DNA of 63,606 nt, filler included, from Candidatus Aminicenantales bacterium (GTDB taxonomy: Bacteria; Acidobacteriota; Aminicenantia; Aminicenantales; Saccharicenantaceae), in assembly GCA_049512315.1 (NCBI GenBank). It is 3 parts of 3 records of this genome, joined end to end, with 100 filler letters (N's around TTAATTAATTAA, not from the genome) between each part and the next. Parts side by side here need not be neighbours in the genome. Positions count along the whole stretch, not along the records: positions 23,678 to 46,944 come from JBEKXF010000038.1; 2 more parts are not named here. The stretch is one strand, 5' to 3'. Below are positions 28,090 through 37,152 of the stretch, one piece after another. Each line of letters opens with the position of its first letter. The first letter of the stretch is position 1. The translations under genes and the position numbers were made by a program. The notes under the pieces were generated by a model that saw only the letters and a program-made list of their open reading frames with translations, was not told the DNA's origin and made no database searches.

Positions 28090-30972
28090 TCAAGTTACAT
28101 CTAGCGATTTATCAATCAACCTGATTTCCTCTTGACTAAGATTATAGAGTCGGTAAACTAGATGATCGATTTGCATATCAACTAAGGATATTTCCCGTAT
28201 AACAACTTCTTTTTCATGTGGCAAACTGCAACGCTTTAACTTTTCATGAAGATTTATCATCTCTTCCGCTAACACAGCTAGTTTTTCATGCTCGAGTCTC
28301 TCTTCCTTTGTCCTTCCTTTTGCTTTAGCAATAGGTAATGACCGGGTTTCCCTAAGCGTGATTTTAGGGAAATCGTCTCTCTGTGCGATGTTCGAACGCC
28401 TGAGGAAATACCAGGACATTAATCGGCTGTTCAATATCCCCAGGATATAGCTCAGGTCAGGACCCTCATCTAATGATAAAATGCTTTGCATGGACTTGTT
28501 GGTTATAAAGTCATCAGTTACTTTGACAGCCTGAAGCCGAAATTGCCGGCTAATCAGCTCCCTTAGCAGAATTCTTGGGCCCTTGAAATACCTCTCTTGT
28601 TTTATCTCCGCTAACGAATCATCGAAGCGTATATAGCATTTATGGCCAGGCTCAAACAGATACCTCCTAACCGATCCGTTAAAAGCCCTCTTTGCATTGG
28701 GATGATCAGGCTTGGGCGTCAGATTGAACGGAGTAACGCCGCGCTGCACGTCGGCAAGATCCCTTAAGGACAATCCCTGTGATGAGATCTTGTTTATAAG
28801 GCAAGCTGCATCCGTATCTGCATACGTAAGATACTCATCTCCTCCGCTGTCGAACCAGGAGGAAAATCTTATTCGTTCCGCACCTTTGTCAAAATCTTCC
28901 GCAGAGCGAATTCTAAATCGTTTGGGAAAGGTAATTAGTGAAGCTTCATGGTGATCGTTCCGAGGCCATTTAATGGGCTTAGGCCGTTTTCTAATAATGA
29001 AGACCGTCGTATCCACCCATGCTTTGAAGATATCATAAGGAAGGTTCACGAACGTTATAGGGTCGCTTCGCCTAGCAACCATCAATCGAAGCGCCGAAAA
29101 TTTGGGTCCACTATACCAGCCGGTCGGCACAATCATTCCAATCAATCCGCCTTTCCCGGCTAGACCTATTGCCTTTTCTATAAATAACGAATAAGTATCG
29201 AAGTCTTTAGTTGAGGATCCATAATGATTTCGAAGGTACGTCAGTTCGTGCTCGTTTAATGATGCGCCATAGGGGGGATTACCTATTATTGCACCGAACC
29301 CGCCTTGGTTCATTATTTTTGGGAAACCGTCGGATCCACTCCAGTCAAAAACATTGATCCTAAGTTTTTCTTCATGCCCAAGGTTGAGTAAATCAGGTTC
29401 TTGGTAAAAATCCGGCCCGATCAGCGAATTCCCGCACTTGACGTTGTCACCCAGATCAGGTAGGGCGCGCTGTTGGAAAAGCCGCAAATACGGCTGGATG
29501 GTTTGTTCACTCTCGCCTTCGAGCACTTTCAGCAAAAGTGACAGCTTCGTGACTTCGACGGCCTGGGGATCAATGTCCACGCCATAAATGTTGTTGAGGA
29601 GGATTCTCTTCCTCTCGGTGATGGTCAGTTTCCACCCTGCCGTCGTTTGCACAAGAACCGGGTTGCGCCCCTTGGTCCAACTCTCAGGATTATGGGCGAG
29701 ATACCAGTCATGGTGCCAATCGAGGAGGACTTGATAGGCGTTGATGAGGAAGGAGCCCGATCCACATGCCGGATCGAGGATGCGAAGCTTAGCGACCTGC
29801 TTTGGGTTTTTGCTCTCTGCGAGCCTATCAACCGTCTGCTTCACAATGTAATCCACGATGTAGGTGGGCGTGTAGTAGACTCCTCCCGCTTTTTTGACTT
29901 CGGGTTTGTCTTCGACGACGGCGCGATGTCCCTCGGTAAGGCGGATGACTTTGCCTAGGAATTGCTCATAAACCTGGCCCAAAATGTCAGCTGAGAAGAC
30001 GGTAAACTCGTATGGGCTTTCGGGATAATAAAGGCCCCTGAGGAGATCGCGGAGGAGCTTATCGTCCACCTCAAGGCCTAGCGTTATCTCATCGGGCAGT
30101 TCATGGCGCCCTTTTTCCGCTTTGAAATGAAAAAGTCCGGAGTTGTATTTGGCGTCGGCGTCTTCAAAGACCTCACAGAGAAGACGGTAGATATTTGGGC
30201 CGTTAATAAGCGCTTGAAGCCGCCCGTAGAGCTCGATGCCCCGGTCTTCGCAAATACGGAGGAATATAACGCGGTCGATAATGCGCTGGACGGCGAAATT
30301 GAGCTCTCGGTGGGACAAGCGGGAATTCCGCAGGGCAAGATTCTTGGCCAGTTCACTCCGCCAGTGTTCTATGGTAGCCAGGAAATCGTCGTCCACTTCG
30401 GCCGTGCCGCGTTTTGCCTTGTTTTCCTCAGCATACTTGTCGAATGAGCCCTTTAGAACGGCGTCCTTAGAAAAGATGGAAGAGATCCATTCCCATTTTT
30501 CGGGATAATCCTGAAATCGGCATAAAAAGACCCTGGCTGTGGCCGCGGAGTCCGTTTTATTCGGCTTGATGCGGCAATCGTAAACAGCGAATTCGTCGAA
30601 ATCGCTCAGAATGCTCAGCGGGAGTTTCGCACTCCAGGCGTAGCGGCGAAGCTGATAGGCGGCCGGGGTTTCCTCGCTGATCATGACGCTCGGCTTCTTG
30701 GCTTCGAGGAAAAACTTCCGCGTGCCGCCGATGCGGAAACAACAATCCGGCGCCTTAACCGCCCCTCCGATCCGGATGGCGTCTTCATGAACGACGTCTT
30801 TATAAGCTTCGGCCAGCCCCCGGGTATTGTCCATATCCCACCCCAGGGCCTTAAAAAATGGGTCGAGGAACTCAATCCGGAGTTGCGCCTCGTTATATTG
30901 CCCGGATTTGTATGAATCGAGATGCTGTTTGAACTTATCAACTAGACGCACGATTTCTTTGGGTGCGCTCAT
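28090..30972 (-). CDS. Type IIG restriction-modification enzyme (REase-N6 MTase-TRD fusion; Eco57I/TaqI_C-like)
   Basis: PD...EAK nuclease motif, YYTP, ILDPACGSGSFL, IIGNPPY, C-terminal YILGILNSRL. Confidence 0.92.
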   Translation of the reverse strand: MSAPKEIVRLVDKFKQHLDSYKSGQYNEAQLRIEFLDPFFKALGWDMDNTRGLAEAYKDVVHEDAIRIGGAVKAPDCCFRIGGTRKFFLEAKKPSVMISEETPAAYQLRRYAWSAKLPLSILSDFDEFAVYDCRIKPNKTDSAATARVFLCRFQDYPEKWEWISSIFSKDAVLKGSFDKYAEENKAKRGTAEVDDDFLATIEHWRSELAKNLALRNSRLSHRELNFAVQRIIDRVIFLRICEDRGIELYGRLQALINGPNIYRLLCEVFEDADAKYNSGLFHFKAEKGRHELPDEITLGLEVDDKLLRDLLRGLYYPESPYEFTVFSADILGQVYEQFLGKVIRLTEGHRAVVEDKPEVKKAGGVYYTPTYIVDYIVKQTVDRLAESKNPKQVAKLRILDPACGSGSFLINAYQVLLDWHHDWYLAHNPESWTKGRNPVLVQTTAGWKLTITERKRILLNNIYGVDIDPQAVEVTKLSLLLKVLEGESEQTIQPYLRLFQQRALPDLGDNVKCGNSLIGPDFYQEPDLLNLGHEEKLRINVFDWSGSDGFPKIMNQGGFGAIIGNPPYGASLNEHELTYLRNHYGSSTKDFDTYSLFIEKAIGLAGKGGLIGMIVPTGWYSGPKFSALRLMVARRSDPITFVNLPYDIFKAWVDTTVFIIRKRPKPIKWPRNDHHEASLITFPKRFRIRSAEDFDKGAERIRFSSWFDSGGDEYLTYADTDAACLINKISSQGLSLRDLADVQRGVTPFNLTPKPDHPNAKRAFNGSVRRYLFEPGHKCYIRFDDSLAEIKQERYFKGPRILLRELISRQFRLQAVKVTDDFITNKSMQSILSLDEGPDLSYILGILNSRLMSWYFLRRSNIAQRDDFPKITLRETRSLPIAKAKGRTKEERLEHEKLAVLAEEMINLHEKLKRCSLPHEKEVVIREISLVDMQIDHLVYRLYNLSQEEIRLIDKSLDVT

Positions 30973-31080
30973 CGGCTGAGCCTACTTCCCCTTAGTTGTT
31001 GGGGCCAATCCCCATGGGAGAAATATAACCCGGTGAGCAAGGAGTGTCAATTAATAGGCCTCGCTCCGAGGGACAATAGC

Positions 31081-31167
31081 CAGGATGTGTCCTTGGAGCT
31101 AGTCAAGGCTGGTTTGGCGTGATACTGCAGGAAGTATTCGTCAGATCCCGTGTTGGCGGACGCAGGG
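31081..31167 (+). pseudogene. Thermonuclease gene remnant
   Basis: QDVSLELVKAGLA*YCRKYSSDPVLADA matches the SNase C-terminal motif, with Trp replaced by a stop. Confidence 0.55.
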
Positions 31168-31253
31168 ATGATTAGGGGTAGGGGGTTGACAGCATGTGGT
31201 ATAATTAAGTGGCTCCAGGCGGGAGGAGGGGTCTACAGGCCCCTAGAGAGAGA

Positions 31254-31979
31254 ATGAGATCGAATAAAGAAGTCCTTATAGATAAGGTGCTAGCCCTATT
31301 CTTGGTATCTGTCGCCGAAGAACACGGCGGGATATCCGGCAATCTGAAGTTCCAGAAGCTTGCCTTTCTGTCCGAATGGGAACTGATCAAGAAGGGCATC
31401 AAGGCCCTGCACCTGAAGTTCTTTAAGTACAAACTTGGGCCTTATAGCAAGGAGCTTATGCTTGATCAGCAAGATTTGGTTGAAAAGGGATATCTCACCG
31501 GCGGCTATACCCTTAAAGAAAAGGCCACCGACCTATTGGATTACGTCCTCTCGGTAACCAGTGACAGTGACATCAACAAAGAGGCTTTTCGGTCCGTAAT
31601 TGAAACGTGCGAAGAGTACGGAAAGTATAACGGACTTAGGTTACAACGAATCGTCTATGATATGAAGATCACTCCTCACGACATGCCCGCCTCGACGATG
31701 AAGATCGTGGACATCCCCACTCACGTGGACATCTTCGTTCCCGAAGTGCTGAAACTGGAAAACGAACTCGAACTGCCTGACTTCTTGCTCAGGGACATCG
31801 CTGAGGAGTTTGAAGGTAGGGAACTAACGGAAGCCGAGAAGTCCAAACTCGATAAAGAAACTTTCGACAACCTCGCATTGAGTCTGCTCCCACGTATGAA
31901 TGTGAGCCAAAAGGAAGAGGCTCGGGACTTTCTCAGTCGGGCAAACGCACCTCAGGCTCTAATAAGGAAGTTTAGTTAG
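31254..31979 (+). CDS. SocA/Panacea (DUF4065)-like protein
   Basis: LKFQKLAFLSE...FFKYKLGPYSKEL; extended -10 TGGTATAAT at 31197-31205. Confidence 0.75.
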   Translation: MRSNKEVLIDKVLALFLVSVAEEHGGISGNLKFQKLAFLSEWELIKKGIKALHLKFFKYKLGPYSKELMLDQQDLVEKGYLTGGYTLKEKATDLLDYVLSVTSDSDINKEAFRSVIETCEEYGKYNGLRLQRIVYDMKITPHDMPASTMKIVDIPTHVDIFVPEVLKLENELELPDFLLRDIAEEFEGRELTEAEKSKLDKETFDNLALSLLPRMNVSQKEEARDFLSRANAPQALIRKFS

Positions 31980-31981
31980 GA

Positions 31982-32200
31982 TTATCTTTTTCCCGGCCCT
32001 CGCCGAGCGATCTTCATAAAGTCCCCATAAGAGATCCCCAACAATGGGGCATAGCTTTTGGCGTTTCGTACGGCTTCTTTGTATTGATATGCCCTTGTTA
32101 TCATCAAGACGATCTCCTCGGTAGATAATCCACTCGCCTTGGCCTGCTCGATAAGCCAGTCCTTGCTGTGATAATAGCTAGGCAGGTCGTCTTCTGGCAT
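31982..32200 (-). CDS. Small hypothetical protein
   Basis: 72 aa ORF with AGGAAG upstream. Confidence 0.5.
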   Translation of the reverse strand: MPEDDLPSYYHSKDWLIEQAKASGLSTEEIVLMITRAYQYKEAVRNAKSYAPLLGISYGDFMKIARRGPGKR

Positions 32201-32322
32201 CTTCCTATACCAACATCATCATGGGAACACGAGCTTTTGCACTTGTCAACTCTATATTTTTTAAGTAGCAGATAACGCCTTGAATAGGAGATTTGCTAAA
32301 ACTTAGTGACCTCATTTTATTG

Positions 32323-32940
32323 CTAATTCTTAGTGGATTCCTTAAGTTTTTCGCCCGTAAGCTCTTCGATCGTTAAGACGATATCCATGAGGTTAACGAG
32401 GAGCGTGCTCGAAAAGCCAAGATGAGGGCGTAATCCCCTCCCCGGTTCAATAGGCAGTCTAAATGTGTCAAAGATCATTTCGCCTACGCTCTTGTGGGTC
32501 AGTATCATGGCCGTCTCTTCATTTGGCTCCGGTCTTCTCCACTTTTGAATAACGAGCATACAGCCTCGCTCATCATATTTCTTACGATAAAATCCAATGT
32601 GTCGCCAGATGGCTTCACTTAATGGTCCGGGAGTATAAAATCGCGGGTATCCCGCTTTCTTCCTTTCCATAAGCCTATATGCCGCCCTGCGATATTCAAT
32701 TACAACTCGGCCTGAGAATATATCCCTAATAGCCTGGGTGCTGATCTCCCACTTCAATAGCTCCCTGATCAAGGCAAGGTTCAATAGATTTAAAAACGAA
32801 AGGCGGGTTCTCCCTCCTCGCCCCATGCCTTGAATAGCTGGCTTGACAAGTCCCCTGCGGCTGATCAAGTAAAATAGGCGGTCCCGGTCGATTTCGAGAA
32901 TCCCAAGCGCTTCTGCAACTGAGAACGTTCTATTGCGCAT
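32323..32940 (-). CDS. MerR-like HTH domain protein
   Basis: FSVAEALGILEIDRDRLFYLISRRGLVKP...GRGGRTRLSFLNL...IREL. Confidence 0.7.
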   Translation of the reverse strand: MRNRTFSVAEALGILEIDRDRLFYLISRRGLVKPAIQGMGRGGRTRLSFLNLLNLALIRELLKWEISTQAIRDIFSGRVVIEYRRAAYRLMERKKAGYPRFYTPGPLSEAIWRHIGFYRKKYDERGCMLVIQKWRRPEPNEETAMILTHKSVGEMIFDTFRLPIEPGRGLRPHLGFSSTLLVNLMDIVLTIEELTGEKLKESTKN

Positions 32941-33236
32941 TGTGTCCGTAATCCGTAATTAGTCTACCTGCGTTCTTTGTCTTTGTCAAGAAGATTCTCG
33001 AGGCCTGTCATCATAATTTGAGGAGTCATTGTCGAGGGCGGGGCGTTTGGGGAGGAGTTGGAGTCTCAGTAGAGGACCTTCAGATTAGGCCGAAGGGAAG
33101 CAAAGATGGCGGGGGGGGTTAGCCAATACCGATCATACCGGCAACACCTTGGAACGTGTTATACAAGGTTATAAACTCGTCCAAATCTTTGCATAGCTTA
33201 TCTGCTTCGACACAAAAACGCAGTATAATAATACGT

Positions 33237-33410
33237 ATGGGCAAGAAACAGAAACCGTCGTACAGGCCCCCTGATGCCAAAAAGGACCGGGACCTGGTTG
33301 TGAAGGCGGAAAAACAAGCCCTCCAGGAAGTGCTGGAAGATTCGTCTCCTGGCCTCGACAAACTTACCGACCTCGCCAAGACCCTCAAGGATGTGAAGAA
33401 GAAAAAATGA
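33237..33410 (+). CDS. Small basic protein coupled to the recombinase
   Basis: 57 aa; ATGA overlap with the recombinase start; TATAAT 7 nt upstream. Confidence 0.6.
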   Translation: MGKKQKPSYRPPDAKKDRDLVVKAEKQALQEVLEDSSPGLDKLTDLAKTLKDVKKKK

Positions 33411-35011
33411 ACAACACCGCCGTGCTCTGGATTCGGGTCTCCTCGGAAGGGCAGTCCCATGGCTACTCGCTCGACTCTCAAGAGGATCTGTTGAAAAAGG
33501 CAGCGGAAAAGTTCGACGTGGCGAGGACGTTCATTGTCACCGAGTCCGCGAAGACCTCCGAACGCAGGAAGAAGTTCAAGGAGATGGTCGAGTTCGTCCA
33601 GGCGAACAAGGTGGGAACCATCTTCGCCTGGACTCATAGCCGCCTTGGCCGCCATTACAAGGACTTCTACATCATCCAGTCCTTGATCGACGACGATGGC
33701 GTGTCCGTCGTGCTAGTGAAGGACAACAAGACGATCAACAAGCACTCCCCTGGCACGGACCGATTCGTGTTCCAGATGATGGGAGCGCTGGCCGAGTTGG
33801 ACAACCGCGAGAGGGGGGACGAGGTCCGGACGAAAATAGCGGAGGCGGCGCGGCAAGGCCGCGTGCCCCACCTGGTCCCAATCGGCTATTTCAACGCGGC
33901 GGACCCGAAAGACCCCTCAGGGAAACGAAGGACGGTTGTCACAGACAAGGACCGCGCCCCGTTGGTCGCCTTTGCCTTCGAGGCGTTTGCGAAAGGCGGG
34001 CACTCGCTGACAACCCTGGCAGCGGAGTTGAATGCCCGGGGCCTGACCACGAAACCCTCGCCCAAGAGGCCGCCAGGCCCGATCACCGCGGGCGGCCTCC
34101 ACAAAATCCTCACGAACCGCTTTTACTGCGGCGAGTTTCCGTCGGGCGGGACGGTCCATCCTGGCACTTTCGAGAAATTAGCCACAAAAGAACTCTGGGA
34201 CCGGGTGCAGGCCCGCCTCAACGAGAACCGGACTTTCAGCCACCCAGAGACCAAGAAATTCTTCGCCTTCCGCCCGTTCCTCAAGTGCGGGTATTGCCAC
34301 TGCTCAATCACGGCCGACGACCCGCCTGGCCGGCACGGAAAGGGAAAGTACGTCTATTATTTTTGCACGAACGGGAAGACGCGGGTTGACTCCGCATGGT
34401 ACAAGAAAAAGTTCGGGACCGATAGGTGCCCGCAGAAATACTGGAAAGAAGAGGAGATCAACAACCTCATCGAGGCCGAAATCGGGAAGTTGTATTTGGA
34501 CGACCTCGTTGTCGAGAAGGTCCGCGAGCGGTTAAAAAAGACAAACACCCAGGAAGAGGTTTTCGAACGGAAGGAACTTCGCCGCCTTGAGACCGAGAGA
34601 ACGAGGAAGAGAACGCACCTCAAACTCAGCTACAGGGACCGGCTTGACGGAAGGATATCGCCCGAACAATATGAAGAAGTCCAGGCCGAATTGCAGGCCG
34701 ACCTTCATAGGATAGAGTCGGACATCGAGAAACTGGGCAGCCACAATTTCCGTTACCGAGAGCAAGGTTCGCAAGTCCTGAAATTACTCCAGGGCGTGAA
34801 GGACACTTACCACAATGCCGACCTCCATGGGAAGCACAAGCTCCTCGAGGTCATGCTCGACCGGGCCATCCTGAGAGGCGACGATATCCACATCATCTGG
34901 AATCCGCCCTTCGACACCTTGTTTACCCTCGGGGAGATGTTTACAGACAAGAAGAAATGGTGCGGAAGGTGGGACTCGAACCCACAAGGCCTTGCGGCCA
35001 TAAACTCCTGA
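33407..35011 (+). CDS. Large serine recombinase (resolvase + recombinase + Zn ribbon)
   Basis: WIRVSSEGQ catalytic Ser, ESAK, SRLGR, PIGY, LKCGYC...YYFC...C, coiled coil. Confidence 0.93.
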   Translation: MNNTAVLWIRVSSEGQSHGYSLDSQEDLLKKAAEKFDVARTFIVTESAKTSERRKKFKEMVEFVQANKVGTIFAWTHSRLGRHYKDFYIIQSLIDDDGVSVVLVKDNKTINKHSPGTDRFVFQMMGALAELDNRERGDEVRTKIAEAARQGRVPHLVPIGYFNAADPKDPSGKRRTVVTDKDRAPLVAFAFEAFAKGGHSLTTLAAELNARGLTTKPSPKRPPGPITAGGLHKILTNRFYCGEFPSGGTVHPGTFEKLATKELWDRVQARLNENRTFSHPETKKFFAFRPFLKCGYCHCSITADDPPGRHGKGKYVYYFCTNGKTRVDSAWYKKKFGTDRCPQKYWKEEEINNLIEAEIGKLYLDDLVVEKVRERLKKTNTQEEVFERKELRRLETERTRKRTHLKLSYRDRLDGRISPEQYEEVQAELQADLHRIESDIEKLGSHNFRYREQGSQVLKLLQGVKDTYHNADLHGKHKLLEVMLDRAILRGDDIHIIWNPPFDTLFTLGEMFTDKKKWCGRWDSNPQGLAAINS

Positions 35012-35044
35012 GGCTTACGCGTCTGCCAATTCCGCCACTTCCGC
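34958..35044 (-). tRNA. tRNA-Leu(CAG)
   Basis: GCGGAAGUGGCGGAAUUGGCAGACGC...CU-CAG-GA...GGUUCGAGUCCC...ACCA. Confidence 0.95.
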
Positions 35045-35128
35045 ACGCAGAGGCCCGCGGCCTCGACTCTCAGGGGGCTCTATTATAACGATTCCGCCCC
35101 GAGGTGTAAAGAACGGAGGTCCGCCGAC

Positions 35129-35157
35129 TTGACAAACCGCCTCCCGCTACTTATTGT
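35129..35157 (+). promoter_or_regulatory. Sigma70 promoter
   Basis: TTGACA-N17-TATTGT upstream of 35236. Confidence 0.6.
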
Positions 35158-35235
35158 TATGGCGTTGATGATCACCTTCATCAATCGCCCTCAGCATTGT
35201 CACAAACTTCCCGAAGACCCTGTTTAGGAGGATCC

Positions 35236-36381
35236 ATGAAGCTTTCCGGACGCTCGGACATCGAGGCCCTCACCGGATTCAAGGGCCGCGACGATCTCGT
35301 CACCTCGTTTTACCTGGACACGGACAAGAGCCGGTTGAACCGGAAGGAAATCCAGGTGTCTTTGAAAAATCTTCTCACCGCGGCGAGACTCCAGATCGTA
35401 TCGATGGATGCCTCCAAGGAAAAAAAAGAGTCCCTCGGCCGGGACCTGGACCTCATCGCGGAGCACTGTGTCCAGCACCTGGGGGGCATGAACGCCTCCG
35501 GCCTGGCCCTCTTTTCCTGCAGCCGCCAGAAATTCTGGCTGCCCCTGGAGCTCCCCCACGGACCGCGGAACCGGGTCATCATCGACACGACCTTCTACGT
35601 CCGGCCGCTCGACGCCATCCTCGACAAGTACAGCCGGATCTGCGTCCTCCTTCTCGGCCGCCGGGACGCGAAATGGAGCGAGGTCGTGATGGGCGAGATC
35701 CGGCCGCTCGAGCAGCTCTCGAGCGACGTCCCCGGCAAGGTCAAGGAAGGAGGCTTCGAGGGGACCTCGGCCAAGCACATCGAGCGGCACATCGACGCCC
35801 GCCTCCACGACCATTTCAAGAAAGCGGCCCAGATGACATTTGACCTGTTCAAGAAGCACAGCTTCGATTGGCTTTTCGTGGGATATGAGGACAACCACCA
35901 CATCGACTTCGAATCCCTCCTCCACCGCTACCTCAAGGAAAAGCTCAAGGGCCGGATGAGGTCCCGGCCGGGCGCTCCCCCCGCCAAGGTCCTGAAAGAA
36001 GCCCTGGAGCTCGAGAGCCAGATCAAGAAGGCCGAGGAAGAGGCGATCGTCCAGAAGCTGATCGCCGAGCTCGAACGCGGCGGCCGGGCCTCGTCCGGGC
36101 TCAAGGATACTCTGGCCAGCCTGAACCAGTTCGAGCTCCAGACCCTCGTCGTCACCCACAACTTTTCCAAGCAGGGCCGCATCTGTCCGACCCATAAATA
36201 CTTGTACGTGGACGAGCTCAAGTGTCCCGTTTGCGAGAAAAAAACTGATATCTTGGTCGACGTCATCGACGAGGCCATCGAGACGGCCCTCAAGCGGAGC
36301 TGCGGGGTGAAGCATATCACGCCGCCCTCGAAGCTCGATCGTTACGGCCAGATCGGGGCCTTCCTGAAATACAAAGTCTGA
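35236..36381 (+). CDS. Bacterial aeRF1-like (baeRF) release factor family protein
   Basis: SFYLDTD, GLALF, FYVRPL, RNaseH-fold middle, eRF1-domain-3-like C-terminus with CPTH...CPVC and GQIGAFLKY. Confidence 0.85.
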   Translation: MKLSGRSDIEALTGFKGRDDLVTSFYLDTDKSRLNRKEIQVSLKNLLTAARLQIVSMDASKEKKESLGRDLDLIAEHCVQHLGGMNASGLALFSCSRQKFWLPLELPHGPRNRVIIDTTFYVRPLDAILDKYSRICVLLLGRRDAKWSEVVMGEIRPLEQLSSDVPGKVKEGGFEGTSAKHIERHIDARLHDHFKKAAQMTFDLFKKHSFDWLFVGYEDNHHIDFESLLHRYLKEKLKGRMRSRPGAPPAKVLKEALELESQIKKAEEEAIVQKLIAELERGGRASSGLKDTLASLNQFELQTLVVTHNFSKQGRICPTHKYLYVDELKCPVCEKKTDILVDVIDEAIETALKRSCGVKHITPPSKLDRYGQIGAFLKYKV

Positions 36382-36451
36382 GCCCGTCCTGAAGGGGCCT
36401 CGCCGTCACGGACGAGGGAATGGGACGGGAAGGCCTTTCGGACCAACCGCG

Positions 36452-37138
36452 ATGAGAAAAGGGAAGCGCCGGGACATCGGGCCGGTCCTGCGGGGCGCCC
36501 TGCCGTTCCTCTGGCTTCTCATGGCACCCGGGGCTCCGCGCCTCCTTCCCCGCCCGCAATGGTGGGAGATCCAGCTCGCTCTGAGCGTCCGCGGTGACTA
36601 CACCGTCAGGGACCTCGAAACAACCTTCGCCGGGGAGTTCGAATTCCGGGCCCTGTGGGAGGGGACGATGGAGCGGGACGGCCTGGATTTCCTTCTCTAC
36701 CACACGAAAACGGAGGCCCCGCACTGGGAGATCCGCGAGAAGGCCGCCCGGCCGAACGCCACCCGCATCCTGACCGAAAAGGAGACGGCCGAGATACCCC
36801 GGCTGCGGGTGAACTATATCATGAGGCAGGACCGGGAGCTCCGGTTCGACTTCGAAGTCGATGGGATCCGGATCCCGCTCGACTCCTCCGCGGAAAAATT
36901 CGACCTCGTCCTGCCCCGCTCAAAGGAGAGCTCCGGGGAGGGGGCCGGCTATTGCGATTCCATCTCGAAGGGGAGCAACCTCATCGCGATCGGCGATGAC
37001 GCGCTCGACCGCGGCCGGCTGGAGAGATCATTTTCCTGGGAATGGAAGTGCCAGGGCTGGACGGCCCGGGAGAAGGGGGCCGTCTTCGTGGCCGGGTCCC
37101 ACAAAGCCGGCGTCACCGTCACTCTTATCCGCCACTAA
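36452..37138 (+). CDS. Hypothetical protein
   Basis: 228 aa ORF, N-terminal hydrophobic stretch. Confidence 0.65.
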   Translation: MRKGKRRDIGPVLRGALPFLWLLMAPGAPRLLPRPQWWEIQLALSVRGDYTVRDLETTFAGEFEFRALWEGTMERDGLDFLLYHTKTEAPHWEIREKAARPNATRILTEKETAEIPRLRVNYIMRQDRELRFDFEVDGIRIPLDSSAEKFDLVLPRSKESSGEGAGYCDSISKGSNLIAIGDDALDRGRLERSFSWEWKCQGWTAREKGAVFVAGSHKAGVTVTLIRH

Positions 37139-37152
37139 AAGATCCAGGGCCA

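Larger units (their letters stand above)
25500..35011. mobile_element. Low-GC genomic (defence) island at tRNA-Leu(CAG), mobilised by a large serine recombinase; left boundary approximate
   Basis: Sharp drop in GC; recombinase abutting the tRNA 3' end; R-M, Schlafen, SocA-like and MerR-like cargo. Confidence 0.85.

Noticed and set aside
31186..31205. TTGACA...TATAAT as a canonical -35/-10 promoter
   Set aside because: Spacer is only 8 nt; only the extended -10 is credible
35161..35200. Hairpin starting GGCG-TTGATGA as a possible fluoride riboswitch
   Set aside because: Lacks the required conserved motif and pseudoknot, and the downstream gene is unrelated
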